Positions 61,208-64,000 of a DNA stretch of 64,000 bases are shown in pieces (positions within the stretch are counted from its first letter, which is position 1; each line of letters opens with the position of its first letter). Both the position numbers and the translations under genes were made by a program. The stretch spans positions 768,001 through 832,000 of the forward strand of contig CAWBWI010000006.1 of NCBI GenBank assembly GCA_963792585.1, read 5' to 3'. The stretch is from Candidatus Eiseniibacteriota bacterium (GTDB lineage Bacteria; Eisenbacteria; RBG-16-71-46; CAIMUX01; VGJL01). The notes beneath the pieces are model-generated. The model had not been told where the DNA came from and ran no database searches. It worked only from the letters and a program-made list of their open reading frames with translations.

Positions 61208-62256
61208 GTGGATCGGAGCTCCTTCACAGGATCGGAGCAGACGAGACGGGCCGGCGCGCCGCCGCAGGCCCACGGACAGCTCCTCCCCGTCCTGGCACTG
61301 GTGTTCCTCTTCCTGCTCTGGTCGAACTCGTTCCACGCCATCGCCTACCTGCGTCGGTCGGTGGGGGCGTGGGACCTCGTCGTTCTTCGCTTCGCTCCGG
61401 TCGCGGTCTTCAGCCTGACCTGGATCCTCCTGCACGATCCGCTCCACAACCTCCGGATTCTGATCGAGAACCCCGTTCGAATCGCCCTCTTGGGGCTCTT
61501 GATCGTCCCGATCTACAACGTGCTCCTCAACTGGGGTCAGGGTCAGGTGCCGGCGGGGACCGCCTCGCTCCTGATCGCGATGAACCCGTTGTTCACCTAC
61601 GCCCTCGCCCTGGTGATCCGACAGGAGCGGCATCGCCTGAGGAAGTCGGTCGGGCTCATGCTCTCCTTCACGGGCGTCTATCTCCTCCTGATCCAACAGG
61701 GGCGATCGTTCGGGCCGGGCTACGGGCTGCACGCGCTGTCGGTCCTCGCGGCCCCTCTCTCGTGGGCGATCGCGACGATCGTGGCCAAGCCTCTCGTCAC
61801 CCGAGAGTCGCCGCTTGGGGTGACCTATCTCTCGCTCGGCGTCGGATCGATTCCGTTCCTGCTGATCGCCCCCTTCGACCACACGCTGCGGGTCGCGATC
61901 GGCCGCTTCACGCTCGAGGATTGGTTCGCGATCACGCATCTCTCGTTGATGTGCACCATCATCGGCTTCGCGATCTGGTACGCCTCGCTCCGGAGGCTCC
62001 CCGCGAGCAGCGTGGCGGCCTTCGTCCTCCTGAATCCCCCGATGACGATCGCATTCGGCCCCCTCTGGGGAACCGACCAGCCGACCTCATCCGTGATCGG
62101 GTTCGGCGCGTGGATCCTGGCCGGCATCATCCTGAGCACCTGGAGGATCCCCGATACCGTGACGAACGCCGGAAACGCCGTGCTCGGCGTATTCGACTCG
62201 ATCGAACCGTCGATGCGGCATGTTCGGGATCGCTTCCGGGGAAACCCAAGAAGTGA
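61208..62256 (+). CDS. EamA/DMT family transporter (3' end likely frameshifted)
   Basis: Ten TM segments, LRF and P..T motifs; one extra G in GGGG near 62240 would end it at GKPKK*. Confidence 0.8.
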
Positions 62257-62281
62257 TCCTCTCGATCGGACCGAGGCGGTC

Positions 62282-63822
62282 ATGAGCCAGTCGGCGGTCC
62301 GCGAGGTATCCCGCGGCGGCTTCTACCTCGGGCTCGAGCAGCTCACGCATGATCGTGGGCGGCGTCTTCTACTCGATCGTCGTCCTGCGAATGCTCGGTC
62401 CCGCCACGTACGGGATCCTGAACCTCGGGCAGGCGGCGATCGGGCTCGCGGGCGTGCTCACGACAAACGTCGAGACTTACCTCGAGCGCTTCGTCGCGGA
62501 GCTCGACGCCCGCGGCATGGCGCGCGTTCTGCGACCCCTCGTGCGCGAAGATTCTCGTCGTCAAGACGCTGCTCGCGATCGCCGCGGGGGTCCTGATCGT
62601 CCTCCTGTCCGACACGATCGCCACAGCCTACGGCTACCGCGACCTGCGCCGCCTCCTCCCCGTCCTCGCCCCGCTCGTCCTGCTGGAGGGCGCCTACATG
62701 GTCCTGCGGACGACCCTCTTCGGTCTGCAACGCTTCCGCTCGATCTGGATCGTCGCGCTCGCGAACAACTTCATGAAGCTGGTCATCGTCGTGATCCTCT
62801 GGCGGATGCACGAAGGGGTCGTCGCGCTCGTCGCGGGGATCGTGCTCGTGCAGGCCATCACCGTCGCCGGACTCGCCCTCCTCTGCATTCGCTATTTGCC
62901 CCGTGAGCCGGTTGTGGAGAGCGATGTCCCGACGCACCGGAAGATCTGGGGATACGTCTTGCCCTTGTTCGGCGCGCGCGCCTTCTTCCTCTCCGGCCAG
63001 CATCTCAACCGACTGATTCTCGGCGCGCTGCTGTCGGCGAGCGAACTGGGTCTCGCCGCGTTCGCCTTGATGACCCTCGAGCGCTTCATCGCCCTCGCGG
63101 GATCGATCCCCAATGCGCTTCTGCCGACCCTCTCCAGACTGCGCGGCGAGGGGCGCGAGGACGCGATCGAGCAGGTGGTGACGCAAGGCTACCGACTGGT
63201 CGCCGGTCTGGCCGCCGCGATGACGATCGGCATCTACTGCCTCGCCCGAGAGATCACGCTCATCACCGGCGGCGGGGAGTTCGTCGGCGCGATCCTGCCC
63301 CTGCAGGTGCTCGCCCTGATTCCGCTCTTCCGCACGATGCAGCAGCCGATCAACATGAGTTTCTACACGTACGAGAAGACCCGGACGGTCTTCTGGCTCG
63401 CCGGGCTGAAGTTCGCCGTCGAGCCGATCCTCTACCCGCTCCTGATCCCGCGCTTCGGGATTGCGGGCGTGGCCCTCGCGAGTCTGCTCTCTTCCGTCGT
63501 CGTGTTCGGGCCGACGCTCTCGATCGGCGACTGCCTCTTCCCACGCACGGCATCCGAACGGCGCCGGGCGACCCTGACGGCATGGGCGATCAGCGGCGCG
63601 ATCCTTCTCGCCGCATTTGCAGCCGGACGCCTCCGGGAACCCTGGCCGGGACTCGCTGCCCGCGGGCTCGTCCTGCTCGCCGGTCTCGGGGCGATCGTTC
63701 TGCTGGGTCGCCTGATCCGCGGCGACGACCTGCGCCGCCTCGCCGAGGCAAGCCAACGCGCCCGGATCGGCCGCGTGCTGCGGGCGAGCGCCGGGCTCCT
63801 CGATCGGGTGCACGGGGGCTGA
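62282..63822 (+). CDS. Wzx-like oligosaccharide flippase (frameshifts ~62348, ~62545)
   Basis: RGGFYL.., RMLGPATYG, LLPTLS, LIPRFGIAGVALA; many TM segments. Confidence 0.8.
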
Positions 63823-63847
63823 CGTGCGCGCCGGCGCCGCTGCCGTC

Positions 63848-64000
63848 ATGATCACCCGGAGCGCCCGCCGCGAGGATGTATCATGGTCCGCATATGCGGT
63901 CCCGTCTTCGGTGGCCGCCGCGCGGGTGATCCAGGACGTCCACTGGGCCTCGGACGTCGTTGGCGCCGCCATCCTCGGAATGGGGATCGGGTGGATCGTC
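63848..64000 (+). pseudogene. C-terminal fragment of a PAP2 phosphatase
   Basis: MITRSARREDVSWSAYAVPSSVAAARVIQDVHWASDVVGAAILG carries motif C3 (R.....HW.SDV..G) but there is no room upstream for motifs C1/C2. Confidence 0.55.

Noticed and set aside
61208..62596. Natural DMT-flippase fusion
   Set aside because: One missing G in a homopolymer explains the read-through, and the flippase has its own ATG and further frameshifts.

Overview
GC-rich bacterial chromosomal window with no rRNA, tRNA, CRISPR, integrase or transposase detected. A FlgD-Ig/T9SS-like cargo beside a PorV-family barrel suggests an FCB-group lineage such as Eisenbacteria/Krumholzibacteriota (inference). Many genes carry single-base frameshifts that look like long-read consensus errors. 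Contents in order: (1) a ~2,900-aa repeat-rich surface protein translationally coupled to a PorV-like barrel/TPR fusion, followed by a probable membrane sensor; (2) BlaI plus an M56-TonB fusion with tandem palindromic operators; (3) an N-glycan utilisation operon (GH130, CBM9-like, SSS symporter, GH38, PNGase F-like, GH20) without SusC/D; (4) hydrolases, DinB/YfiT proteins, a DsbD-N/redoxin pair, an AT-rich multi-hairpin element between convergent genes, a propeller lipoprotein, a POT transporter; (5) a sugar ABC transporter plus secreted GH38-PA14, patatin, S9 peptidase, ADH, tricorn protease; (6) a four-gene operon of a divergent citramalate synthase, NeuD-like acyltransferase, acyl-AMP ligase and ACP; (7) a DRG-type GTPase, purN, an M16 pair, a YtrA regulator with operator, trpB2, a DMT transporter, a flippase and a PAP2 fragment. 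The strongest novelty candidates are the CimA-ACP operon, the cargo/PorV-TPR/sensor cassette, the N-glycan locus and the 26.6-kb structured element.
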